Below the pieces are notes generated by a model. The model did not search any database. It saw nothing but the letters and a program-made list of their open reading frames with translations, and was not told the origin of the DNA. Source: Torpedo marmorata (Eukaryota). From it: 64,000 nt of DNA. Positions 51,197 to 62,479 of the stretch are shown one piece after another. The stretch covers positions 228,904,001-228,968,000 of the forward strand of contig OZ360222.1 in the NCBI GenBank assembly GCA_977017645.1, in the 5' to 3' direction. The translations under genes were made by a program, and so were the position numbers. The number at the start of each line of letters is the position of its first letter. The stretch's first letter is position 1.

Positions 51197-51301
51197 GTAA
51201 AACACAAAAATCTGTAGACACCGTGGTTGAAGTAAAAAACACAAATGCTGGAGAAACTCAGCAGGTCAAACAGTGTCTTTTATGTAGCAAAGGTAGAAAT
51301 A

Positions 51302-51342
51302 CATAACCGACGTTTCGGGCTTGAGTCCTTCATCAAAGTATG
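51302..51342 (-). ncRNA. Minimal hammerhead-ribozyme-like motif in Penelope terminus
   Basis: CATACT-TTGATGA-AGGACTCAAGCCC-GAAACGTC-GGTTATG; core has U in place of C3; activity untested. Confidence 0.6.
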
Positions 51343-51527
51343 AGAAAATGCCGGCAGGCGTCCGAACAAAGAAGTGAGGGGGGAAGGGGGATGGCAAAGG
51401 CAGGAGATGATAGGTGGAGAAAGGAGGGAGGGGACAGCAGCAAAGAGGGGGAGGAGGGATGGCTGGGTGGGTGGAAAAAAACAGGAAGGACAGGTGAGGG
51501 GGGAGGGGAAGGGAACGACAAGCAGGT

Positions 51528-54191
51528 TTAGTGGAAAGCAGAAAAGTCAATGTTAATGCCATCTGGCTGGAGAGTGCCGAGACGGAATATGAGATGTTGT
51601 TCCTCCAATTTGCTGGTAGTCTGGGTGGGATAGTACATGAGGCCATGGACAGACATGTGAGTGTGGGAGTGTGACCCGGAATTGAAATGGTTCGCTACTG
51701 GGAGGTCGCTGTTGTTGCGGACGGAGAGGAGGTGCTCAGCAAAGCGGTCTCCCAATCTACGACCGGTCTCTCAAATGTATAGAAAGCCACAAAGGCAGCA
51801 CCGAATGCAGTAAATAAGTTCTCTGGATGTACAAGTGAAGTGTAGTTTCACTTGGAAGGCCTGTTTGGGGCCCTGGACCGTGGTGAGGGGGGAGGTGTGG
51901 GCGCAGGTGTTGCACCTCCTGCGGGCACAGGGGAAGGTGCCGGGGGTGCGATGGGTGGGGAGGGATGAGTGCACGAATGAATCGCGGAGGGAGCAGTCCC
52001 TACGGAAGGCCGAGAGGGGAGGAGAAAGAAAAATGTGTCTGGTGGTGGGATCCTGTAGTAAGTGCCGGAAATTCCGGCGGATAATGTGTTGGATGCGGAG
52101 GCTGGTGGGGTGGTAGGTGAGGATGAGGGGGATTCTATGTTTGTTGCGTCTGGGGGCAGAGGGGGCCAGGGCAGATGAGCGGGAAATGGAGGAGATGCGG
52201 GTGAGGGCTGAGTTGATGGTGGTGGAGGGGAAGCCACGTTTGTGGAAAAAGGCAGACATTTCAGAAGATCTGGAGTGGAACACCTCATCTTGGGAACAGA
52301 TGCGGCGGAGGCGGAGAAATTGAGAGAAGGGGATGGAGTCCTTGCAGGGGACAGGGTGTGAGGATGTGTAGTCCAGATAGTTGTGGGAGTTGGAGGGTTT
52401 GTAGTAAATGTCGGTAGAAAGCTTGTCTCCCGAGATGGAGACAGAGAGATCCAGGAAGGGGAGAGTGTTATCGGAGATGGACCAGGTGAGTTTGAGATCG
52501 TGGTGAAAGTTGGATGCGAAGTGGATGAAGCTGACAAGCTCATCGCGGGTGCATGAGGCAGCCCCGATGTAGTCGTCGATATACCGGAGGAAGAGATGAG
52601 GGGTCTTGCCTGTGTAGGTTTGCAGCATGGATTGCTCCACAAAGCCCACAAGCAGGCAGGCGTAGCTGGGACCCATGCGGGTACCCATGGCTACTCCTTT
52701 GATTTGGAGGAAGTGGGATGAGTTGAAGGAGAAGTTATTGAGAGTGAGGACAAGTTCTGCCAGGCGGAGGAGGGTGGTAGTAGAGGGTGACTGGTTGGGT
52801 CTTTGGTCCAGGAAGAAGCGAAGTGCTTTCAGACCTTCTGTGTGGGGGATAGAGGTATAAAGGGATTGGACATCCATGGTGAAGATGATGCGTTCCGGTT
52901 CAGGGAATCTGAAGTAATTGAGGAGATGGAGGGCATGTGAGGTGTCGCAGATGTAGGTGGGGAGGGATTGGACCAGGGGAGAAAAGATGGAGTCAAGGTA
53001 AGATGAAACTAGTTCGGTGGGGCAGGAGCAGGCAGAAACAATGGGTCTTCCCGGATGGTTGGGTTTGTGTATCTTGGGTAGAAGGTAGAAACGGGCAGTG
53101 CGGGGGTGGGGGAGAATGAGGTTGGTGGCCGTGGAGGGGAGGTGACCGTAGGTGATGAGGTCGGAGATGGTGTTGGAGACAGTGGCTTGATGTGCTGTGG
53201 TGGGGTCCTGTGGGAGAGGTCAGTAGGAGGAGGTTTCTGAGAGTTGTCGACTGGCCTCGGCAAGGTAGAGGTCAGTGCGCCAGACCACAACCGCACCGCC
53301 CTTGTCTGCGGGTTTGATGGTGAGGTTGGGATTGTTGCGGAGAGAGTGGAGGGCAGAGCGTTCTGAGGAGGTGAGGTTGGAATACGAGAGGGGGGTGGTG
53401 AAGTTGAGACGGTTGATGTCTCGGCGGCAGTTGGAAATAAAAAGGTCCAGAGTGGGCAGCTGGCCAGGGCGAGGTGTCCAGGAAGATGAAGAAAGCTTGA
53501 AGCGGGAAAAAGGGTCTTGGGTAGGGTGTGGAGAATCACGGTCATGGAAGTGAGCACGGAGGCGGAGGCGACGGAAGAAGAGTTCGGCATCATGGCGTGC
53601 GCGGAACTCGTTGAGGTGTTGGCGGACGGGGACGAAGGTGAGGCCTCTACTGAGGATGGAGCGCTCCGTCTCAGAGAGGGGAAGGTCGGAGGGGATAGTA
53701 AAAACCAAGCAGGGGTTAGAGTGGTGATCGGTGTTGTGGAGGGTGTTGGGGGGAGGGAGAGGGTTGGGGAGGTCAGAGGGGGGAGGTGAAGGGTGGGGGA
53801 GGTTGGAGGGAGGGGGAGGGGGGGTCAGAGGGGGAGGTGGGGGTAGGGGAGGTAGGAGGGTGGGAGAGGGGGGTAGGGAGTGTAGCCAGAGAGAGGGGGG
53901 GGATGGAGGGAACGGAAGGGATGAGGTCTGAGGGTTGGGGAGGAGAGTGGGGCAGAGAGGGGGAGATGGGGGTGGAGTAGGGAGAGGTGCAGGAGGAGAG
54001 GGAAGGAGTAGTGAGGGGGATAGGTAAGTGGGATCTTGTTGCAAGATGAGGACTCCAGTGGCAGTCAGCGTGGGAGGCTCCAGCAGGTAACAGTCTGTGT
54101 CGGGAGTGGGCGGTGGAGGCATCGGGAACTCTGGTGAGTAGAGGCTCGGGGTCCGGGCTGGGGTTGGCAGCCGTAGCTTCGGGAGTACCAT
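51528..54191 (-). pseudogene. Penelope RT / GIY-YIG endonuclease ORF (frameshifts, one stop)
   Basis: LSRGLTFVP, IKPADKGGAVVVW, MDVQSLYTSI, GVAMGTRMGPSYA, RYIDD, LIYCIRC...LYI*ETGRRLGDRFAEH. Confidence 0.93.
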
Positions 54192-54664
54192 CGTGTCGGC
54201 GCCCGGGGCGCGGGTAGGAGCAGGCGGCTGCGGCGTTGGGAGCTCCGGTGAGTCGGCGGCCGGGGTCCAGGGTCGGGTCGGCGGCCGTCGCGTTGGGAGC
54301 TCCGGTAAGTCGGCAGCCGGGGTCCAGGGTCAGGTCGGCGGCCGTCGCGTTGGGAGCTCCGGTGAGTCGGCGGCCGGGACCAGGGATCAAGTCGGCAGCC
54401 GTCGCGTTGGGAGCTCCGGTAAGTCGGCGGCCGGGGTCCAGGGTCGGGTCGGCGGCTGCGGCGTTGGGAACTCCGGTAAGTCGGCTGCCGGGACCAGGGA
54501 TCGGGTCGGCGGCTGTGGCGTTGGGAGCTTCAGTAAGTCGGCGGCCGGGGTCCAGGCTCTGGTCGGCGGCTGCGGCATTGGGAGCTCCGGTGAGTCGGCG
54601 GCTGGGACCAGGGATCGGGTCGGCGGACGCAGCGTTGGGAGCTCCGGAGAGCAGGCGGCCGGGG
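54178..54664. repeat. GC-rich 57-bp minisatellite, 8 clear units plus degenerate ones
   Basis: TTGGGA marker recurs at 54236, 54293, 54350, 54407, 54464, 54521, 54578, 54635. Confidence 0.92.
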
Positions 54665-54676
54665 CCAGATGAACTT

Positions 54677-54970
54677 CCCTGGGCTCCAGAAATATCCGTG
54701 AGAAGGGAGACCCCTCCTCAACCAAGTAGCCCTCAACAGACCCCTCCTCAACCAAGTAGCCCTCAACAGACCAGTCCTCTTCAACAACCCAGTCCTATAC
54801 AACAGCCGAGTGTGGTTCGCCAAAGATCAAGTTCACAGTCCTTGCCACCAACCGAGGTACCACCCCAAAAGGCGAAGAGTCCGCAAAATATCCCGACAGA
54901 GTTGACCTCTCTGAGACGATCAAAACGGGAAAAACGTCCGCCAGAACGACTGAAAGACTATGTTCAGTAA
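54677..54970 (+). pseudogene. C-terminal tail of the Gypsy pol ORF, resumed after Penelope
   Basis: PDEL|PWAPE...; 30-bp repeats TPPQPSSPQQ; ends LRRSKREKRPPERLKDYVQ. Confidence 0.85.
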
Positions 54971-55102
54971 TTTAACATTTTATCATTTTTATACTTACAT
55001 TACATTGTAATTGTAATCACCATTAGTCTAGAGGCAACATGTATTATGCTTAAATACTGCACCCACACATAGTTATTGCAGTTTATTATAAATACTGCAC
55101 AC

Positions 55103-55133
<31 letters not shown>

Positions 55134-55156
55134 AATTATACAAACATTTATTTTGT

Positions 55157-55168
55157 GGGGGGGAAGAG
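55157..55168 (+). promoter_or_regulatory. Polypurine tract
   Basis: GGGGGGGAAGAG directly before the 3' LTR. Confidence 0.9.
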
Positions 55169-55337
55169 TGTTATGTATATGCCTACAGGCGTATGACATC
55201 ATCACGTCGACGTGATGACGTTCTGACTGATATATACTGTGTGTGGCGGGAGAACCATTTTTCAGATTTGTATTAAACGACTAACAAAGCATCATGCCTT
55301 TGTCTGCAGTGTATTTCTTAACATAGTATACATGATA
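55169..55337 (+). repeat. 3' LTR (169 bp)
   Basis: TGTTATGTA...TACATGATA followed by TSD CTTAC. Confidence 0.95.
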
Positions 55338-55535
55338 CTTACCAGCCTATGAAACCCGTGCATCCCAATTACATCCAACCCTCCTACCAACCTCGTACAT
55401 TTTGGAGGATGGGAGGAAACTGAACAACCCAGAGAAAATGCACGCAGATCACAAACTCCTAACAGACAGCACAAGATTCGAACCTGAGTCACTGGTTCTG
55501 TAATGGTGCTGTGCTAACCACTCTGCTAACCATAT
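55338..55535 (-). mobile_element. V-SINE split by the Gypsy (tail part at ~47060-47097)
   Basis: ATATAGCACAGTAGGAGGCCTTAC|CAGCCTATGAAACCCGTG rejoins to match the SINE at 20761-20998. Confidence 0.78.
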
Positions 55536-56054
55536 TGTGGGATAAAGGTGAACTCTAGGATTTGTGTATATTCTTCAGAACTGTGAGATGTTCTTGGCAC
55601 TGTCTTTCACCTTGTTGTTCAAATCCCTCTCCAAATATCCAACCCAATAGTAATCCTTCAGCCAAAATGCTGAAAAGAGTTGAGCTCTTGTGGTCTATGG
55701 GACATTTTGGCTGCTGTGATTTTCTTCTATGTTGGTTAAATAATAAATATTTTATTGATTGTGAAATGCTTTGAGATGTCCTGAGGATGTGAAAAGCATT
55801 ATGTGAATGCAAATTTATCTTCAGCCATCAACAGCAAAACAAAACCACTTAATTAATATGTTGGCCTTTGATTGATCAAGACATGCATATATTGTATCCA
55901 TTAAACAACAACTATAACTGCAATAACAGTAGAAAAGGTTGCGGGGAACCCTTAGGATACTGTAGGCATCCAAGTTATTTTCTTCCCTTATTTGGACAAT
56001 TTCACTGATGGTCTTTTTGGGACAGAGGTCATTATTTACACAACACAAATTTCA

Positions 56055-56155
56055 GTTCCTGACAAAGGGCTCAGTCCTGAAACGTTGGTTACCCTTTACT
56101 TCCTATGGATGCTGTCCGACCTGCTGAGTTTCTCCAGTACATTTGTGAATTGCAC
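56055..56155 (+). mobile_element. Penelope terminus fragment with decayed hammerhead-like motif
   Basis: CCTGACAAAGGGCTCAGTCCTGAAACGTTGG...GACCTGCTGAGTTTCTCCAG. Confidence 0.7.
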
Positions 56156-56339
56156 AAATTTCTGTTCTATCATTCTGTAATAAAGACACCAATATGAATA
56201 TTTATACTTCACAGATCTTGTTTCTGTTTTATTTTTATGGGGTGGCCAGTGGGTTGGGAATTTGGAAAATGGTGCACTCTTTTCCCTTGTTTCTGCTGTG
56301 CTTTTATGTGATTTTAATGAATGAGCTTGAAGTTCTCAA

Positions 56340-56622
56340 TGCCATCGCAAAATCTCCCTCCCCAGTTTGAGCAGAAACAGGCCAGGGATTCCCATGACTC
56401 AATCAGATGTTACACTTTCTCAAAAAGGCTTTGAGAATATCCTTGAATCTTTTCCTCTGTCCACATAGTAACCCCGGGACATGACGGAACTGGGAACCAA
56501 GTGTGTGAATTGGGAGTCTGGTGTCAGATACACAAATGATGTGGCCTGCCTAACTTTGCTGACTGAGTAAAACTAGAGTCTTAATGCTAGGGCTGGTGGT
56601 CTGGGATAGGATGCTGATGTTA
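56340..56622 (-). mobile_element. Old RTE-like LINE C-terminal remnant
   Basis: Minus strand resembles NISILSQT..PSI, AGHII..SDTRLP, RKRFKDILK. Confidence 0.5.
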
Positions 56623-57144
56623 GAGTACACGATACAAACACACACAACACACACACACACACACACACACATACATACACACACAAACATCTGCACACAC
56701 TTCATCGTAGATAGATCATACAGTCACGTTCTTAACACTTGCACTACAAACACTAAACGCAGGACCAACTAAAGGCAACATTACACCTGGTACACTACAG
56801 TGAGCTATTGGTGCAATTGTCAAAACAGGGAATTATCATTTCACAAGAGAGTAAAATTGGCAACACCTATTCAACATAGCACTCCTGGTGGGATATTGTA
56901 GAATGAAAATAGCTAGCAGGATATAATTTCACTGAATGTTGATGGCCTGTCCTGAAATGAACTGAATGTGGGATCATGCAGTTTTAATGTCATATATTTC
57001 ATTTCTTCATTATTGAGGAGTGGATATGGTGTGGGTTCTCTGGCATTTTACAATGATGTAACTTAACTAATCCACAGAAGCTGAACATTTCCACTTTGGA
57101 TTCACTAAAGTAAACAAAAATACAACAAAATGAATCCCCCAGTT

Positions 57145-57330
57145 AAATGCAGTCCACAAAAGTGTTGGAGAAACTCAGCATTCATGGAAAGCAAAAGGCA
57201 GTCAATGTTTCAGGCCTGAGCCATTCTTCAGGTGCGGTGAAATTCAGGCAGACACCCAAATAAGAAGGTGGGGCTGGGGGGAGGGGAAGGGGGAGGAGCA
57301 CAGGCTAGCAGGTGATAGGTGGACCCCCCT
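57145..57330 (-). mobile_element. Penelope terminus fragment
   Basis: TGGAGAAACTCAGCA...GTTTCAGGCCTGAGCCATTCTTCAGG. Confidence 0.7.
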
Positions 57331-57409
57331 CCCCAGTTAAATGTATCATTTATTTTCTGATCCACCTCATAAAACAGTGAAGGTGAATGTCTCATGTATA
57401 TGTTTTCTT

Positions 57410-57713
57410 TTTTAAAATATTTTATTTTCATTTTTAACAAACAATGAAACAAAATACAGATATCACATTATATAGTAATACAATAAAAGTAACATATATA
57501 TAATAAAAAAAAACAATTACCCCAAACTTCTCCCCCAAGAGAAAAAAAACCCAAACTAAACAAAACAAATGGTCGACAATGTTTATATAATTACTAATTT
57601 CAAATATATAAAAGAAAAACTCCAAGATGTCCTGGCAACAGGGCTTGTCACATGAAGGAACCCAAAACAAATTAATAACAAATCTTCTTTGATTTAATTT
57701 ATCCTGACCCCAG
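57410..57713 (-). mobile_element. L1-type 3' UTR-only insertion
   Basis: AATAAAATATTTTAAAA tail on minus; 16-bp TSD ATGTATATGTTTTCTT at 57394-57409 and 57714-57729. Confidence 0.8.
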
Positions 57714-57942
57714 ATGTATATGTTTTCTTAATCGGTGTTTGATTATTGAAGCTACTGTAATCAATTATCTAAACATCCCCTGATCCTAATTAATTCAGAT
57801 ATGTTGTCATTCCACTGAAATAGATGTCAAAAATGTCTTAATGTCAGCTCTAAGTTAAACATCAGGTCCAACCAGTTTGAAGTAAACACAGGTGCATTTA
57901 TTAAGAATGGCACCAGGTTCATATGCATGGGCACATGTGCAC

Positions 57943-57945
<3 letters not shown>

Positions 57946-57989
<44 letters not shown>
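57946..57989. repeat. (CA)n microsatellite
   Basis: Direct reading; others at 2289-2320, 15571-15616, 56636-56700, and (TA)n at 55108-55131. Confidence 0.95.
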
Positions 57990-57993
<4 letters not shown>

Positions 57994-58935
57994 CACACAA
58001 CATGCATACAAAAAACCCAAGTTTGCGCGTGTGCGCACATTCATTCATACACACATTCACACAAGCACGAATTCAAAGCAGGAACATTTGCATTTCAAAG
58101 CAAGAGTACATGACAGTTCTGCCAATACAAATGAGAACAAGCATGAATACAACCAGTTAAAAATAAACAGAACTTGGATAAAGAGTTAAACTTTCTTCGT
58201 CTCAACACTATTTACAAACTTATTTCACGGGAGGAGTTTGTTTCTGATTTCAGAGTTGTAATCACATCTAATCTGTTGCCCGAATGGGGCTTCTGCACAT
58301 TCTGTTGTGCAGCCACAGCACAAGACAAATGATTGATACTTTAATTAAGTATATGCTTGTCTGAACCCTCTCTTTTTTGAGAAAAGAGAGCCTTTTAACT
58401 GCAGGAAACACAGGCAGGAGTATTACTTTTGAAAGCTAATAAATTTCTGTTGTATTATTTAGGTGTCTGGCATCAGTCCAGCATGTCATTACAGCAGCTT
58501 ATCAATATAAACTATCAGTATAAACCCAGCAATTACCTGTGAGATGCAACAAGAAACATTGTTCTATTGTCAGATTTAGTGCTAAGTTCTCTAAATTCCG
58601 CTATGTATCACTAACAAAACGATGGAACTTTCAGCATCTGTTTGCACTCATAACCATAATTTTTTCAGCACAAATTATCTTGATGCTTAAGACAGGTTGA
58701 ACTCTTGGTCAACTGCAGCTAACAGGATTAATCCTGGGTGTTATGTTTAACTTAGTCATTTAAAATGTAGCTATACAAATTCATTGTGTGGCCAGGGATA
58801 ATGTTTGTGTACCTCTAACTGCACCTCTTCTTTTAACTTCTTAACCCAAAGCCAAGCTCCAAGTTGGAAACTGCTGATGTGATTATTGGCCTCAAGGTAA
58901 CAAATCCTCCAGGAATTGTCCTGGGGCCTGCAAGT

Positions 58936-61900
58936 ACATAAGAACATAAGAAATTAGGAACAGGAGTAGTCCAACCGGCCCATCGATCCTGCTCCGTCAT
59001 TCAATAAGATCATGGCTGATCTGATCAATGACCTAACTCCACCTACCTGCCCTTTCCCCATATCCCCTAATTCCTTTTTTATGTAAAAATCTATCCAACT
59101 GAATCTTAAATATGTTCAATGAAGCAGCCTCAACCGCTTCCCTGGGTAGAGAATTCCACAAATTCACCACTCTTTGGGAAAAACTGTTTTTCCTCATCTC
59201 TGTCCTAAATCTACTCCCCCGAATCTTGAGGCTGTGTCCCCTCGTTTTGGTCTCACCCGCCAGTGAAAAAAACCTTCCTACCTCTATCCTATCCATCCCC
59301 TTCATAATTCTATATGTTTCCATAAGATCTCCTCTCATTCTTCTGAACTCGAGCGAGTATAATCCCAGACGATTTAATCTTTCATCATAAGTCAACCCCT
59401 TCATCTCAGGGATCAACCTAGTAAACCTCCTCTGTACTGCCTGCAAGGCTAGTATATCCTTCCTCAAATATGGAGACCAGAACTGCACACAGTACTCCAG
59501 GTGCAGTCTCACCAGTACCTTGTACAGTTGCAACATTACCTCCCTGCTCCTGAATTCAATTCCTCTAGCGATGAAGGCCAACATTCCATTTGCCTTCTTA
59601 ATAACCTGCTGCACCTGCAACCCAACTTTTTGCGATTCGTGCCAGACCTTTGCCCACTCACCTAACTTAACTATATCCCTCTGCAGCCTCTCCACATCCT
59701 CAGTACAATTTGCTCTTTCACTCAATTTAGTATCATCTGCAAACTTGGCTGCACCACATTTTGTCCCCTCCTCCAAATCATCAATGTAAATGATGAACAG
59801 TTGTGGGCCCAGCACCGACCCCTGCGGCACCCCACTTACTAATGTCTGCCAATCAGAAAAACACCCATTTATCCTGACTCTCTGCCTCCTTTCAGACAAC
59901 CAATCCTCAATCCATTCCAATATACTTCCCTGGACTCCATTCACCTGTAACTTACTGATAAGTCTCTTGTGCGGCACCTTATCAAATGCTTTCTGGAAAT
60001 CCAAATATACAACATCAACCTGTTCCCCTCTATCTACCGCACCCATTATGTCCTCAAAGAACTCTAACAAATTTGTCAAACAAGATCTGCCCTTCCTAAA
60101 CCCATGCTGCGTCTGCCTGATTGAACCCTTTCGTTCTAAATGTCTCACTATTTCATCCTTAATGACAGCTTCAAGTATTTTGCCAACTACAGACGTTAAG
60201 CTAATTGGCCGATAGTTCCCAGTCTTCTGCCTACATCCCTTCTTAAATAGTGGCGAGACATTTGCTGTCTTCCAATCTGCCGGGACCTGCCCAGAATCCA
60301 GAGAATTTTGGTATATGACCACCAATGCATCAACTATAACTTCTGCCATTTCCCTCAGAACCCTGGGATGCATTTCATCAGGACCAGGGGATTTGTCCGG
60401 CATTTGTCCCATTAGTTTGTTCATCACTATCTCCTTTGTCACAACTATTTTATCAAGGCCTTCACCAACATTTGCATCCCTATCTCCACTCTTTGGCATG
60501 CTGGACGTGTCTTCCACCGTGAAGACTGACACAAAATATTTGTTCAAGGCCTCGGCCATTTGCTCATTATTCAATATCAATTTCCCCTTCTCATCTTCCA
60601 AGGGTCCTATGTTAACTCTAGCCACCCTCTTCCGTTTTATATATTTATAAAAAATTTTCCTATCTGTTTTTATATTTTGTGCCAATTTACCTTCATAATC
60701 CTTTCTCCCCTTTCTTATTACCGCTTTGTTGTCGCTTGTTGTCTTTTAAAGTTTTCCCAATTTTCCAGTTTCCCACTACTCTTTGCAACTTTGTACACCT
60801 GAGCTTTTAATTTTATACTCTCCTTTATTTCCTTAGTTAACCACGGCTGACTCTTCCCTCTCTTGCTGCCCTTATTCTTAACTGGAACATATTTTTGTTG
60901 AGCATTGTGAAAAATCTCCTTGAAAATCTCCTACTGTTCCTCAACTGTTCTACCAACTAGCCTGTGCTGACCAATTCCTCCCTCATCCTCTGATAGTCTC
61001 CCCTGTTTAAGCATAATACATTAGTTTTAGATCTAACTATTTCCCCTTCCATCTGTATGAGAAATTCAATCATACTATGATCGCTATTTCCAAGAGGGTC
61101 CCTAACTATTACATCATTTACTCTACCTATCTCATTGCACAATACTAGATCCAAAATAGCATTCACTCTTGTTGGTTCCTTAACATGCTGCTCAAGAAAG
61201 CTATCACGGATGCATTCTATGAAGTCTTCTTCCAGACTCCCGCGACCAACTTGATTTTCCCAATCTACGTGGTAGTTAAAGTCCCCCACGACAACTGCCG
61301 TTCCATTCTTACATGTCTCACTTATCTCTTTGTTTATTGCCTGTGCCACTGTACTATTGTTATTTGGTGGGTGATAGACAACACCCACCAGTGATTTTTT
61401 CCTTTTGTTATTCTTAATCTCCACCCAGATGGACTCAACATTATGTTCCTTAGATCTTATATCATCTCTCACGATTGCCTTGAACTCATCCTTGATTAAG
61501 AGTGCCACACCTCCTCCCTTACCATCCTGTCTATCCTTTCGTACTACCTGATACTCTTTTTTTTTCTTTCTTTAAAATTTTTTAAATATTTTATTTTAAA
61601 TTTTGAATTTCTCACATACGTAATATACATCATTAATTCCAGCAAATAAAAAACATAATTTGTATTACAGTGTATCTAACCCTTCCCTTAACCCACCCTC
61701 TATAATATTGCTACCCCACCCTCCACCCTTCCCCTCCCTTTAATTCCCTCCCCTTACTAAAAACTAAAAGAAAAAGAACAGAAAAGAAGGCATTGGTATT
61801 ACTTATTAAAAACATCTGCACGGATCGCTGCTGGGTCCACGATTCGACGCGTGGCATTCAACAATATTTATTCTTTAAATTTGAGAGAGTCAACAGGGTC

Positions 61901-62185
61901 TAGGATGTAGAGCAACACATTTAAATGTTCATACCTAATGATTGGATATATGGACGCCAAATTTGCAAAAATATCCCATATTTATTTCTCATATTATATG
62001 TTATTTTTTCCAATGGAATACAACTCCGCATCTCTATATTCCATCTATCCATGCCTAAATTTGTATCTGATTTCCAAGTTACTGCTATACACTTCCTTGA
62101 TACTCCTGATACCCTTGAAAGTTTAATTCCCAATCATGGTCATCTTGTAGCCATGTTTCTGTGATGGCCACTAAATCATATGCCT
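58936..62185 (-). mobile_element. CR1 LINE (APE + RT), 5'-truncated, interrupted by L1
   Basis: GDFN and SDH (60957-61508); NYRPISLTS, LDFQKAFDKV, GVPQGSVLGP, KFADD (59033-60685); tail TTCTTATGTTCTTATGT. Confidence 0.93.
61559..62100 (-). mobile_element. L1 3' fragment inside CR1
   Basis: RKCIAVTWKS...EKITYNMRNKY; A tail; imperfect ~17-bp TSD TACT(A)CCTGATAC(T/C)CTT at ~61542-61558 and 62101-62116. Confidence 0.88.
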
Positions 62186-62479
62186 GAAATTGAAATTAAT
62201 TTCCATGAACTTGCTGCAGCAACAAGAGGAAAAAAATCACAGGTGATATGTGTTCTGTTTTTATTTTTGTTGAATAATTTCAGCTAATGTTTGGCCAAAA
62301 TTTTGGAGATTGCAATATCTTCACAAAGGTATCAAGATGTATTGTGTATATCCAAAGAGGTAGCAGTTAATTTACAAGGTCACACATTTACATGACTGAT
62401 ATTTATATTGGGATTTTCATCTGGAAGCTGCATGTTGCTGTTTGTCTGTGAGAATTCAATGTTCTTCCTTCATCTGACC

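Larger units (their letters stand above)
51197..54664 (-). mobile_element. Penelope-like element (5'-truncated)
   Basis: RT plus GIY-YIG ORF; 12-bp TSD CCAGATGAACTT at 51185-51196 and 54665-54676. Confidence 0.95.
47098..55337 (+). mobile_element. Full-length short-LTR Gypsy retrotransposon (Mag-like), with Penelope insertion
   Basis: Paired LTRs, PBS, gag-PR-RT-RH-IN, PPT; 5-bp TSD CTTAC at 47093-47097 and 55338-55342; clade assignment is inferred. Confidence 0.95.

Noticed and set aside
51835-53980. Multiple alternative-frame and antisense ORFs over the Penelope
   Set aside because: Explained by strong C/G strand skew and low complexity; no domain motifs.
54236-54970. 244-aa ORF that looks like a novel repeat protein
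   Set aside because: It is the antisense reading of the Penelope 57-bp VNTR running through the TSD into the Gypsy pol tail; GC-rich repeats lack stops and there is no ATG start.
57827-58189. His/Thr- and Cys/Val-repeat ORFs
   Set aside because: Translations of the (CA)n microsatellite.
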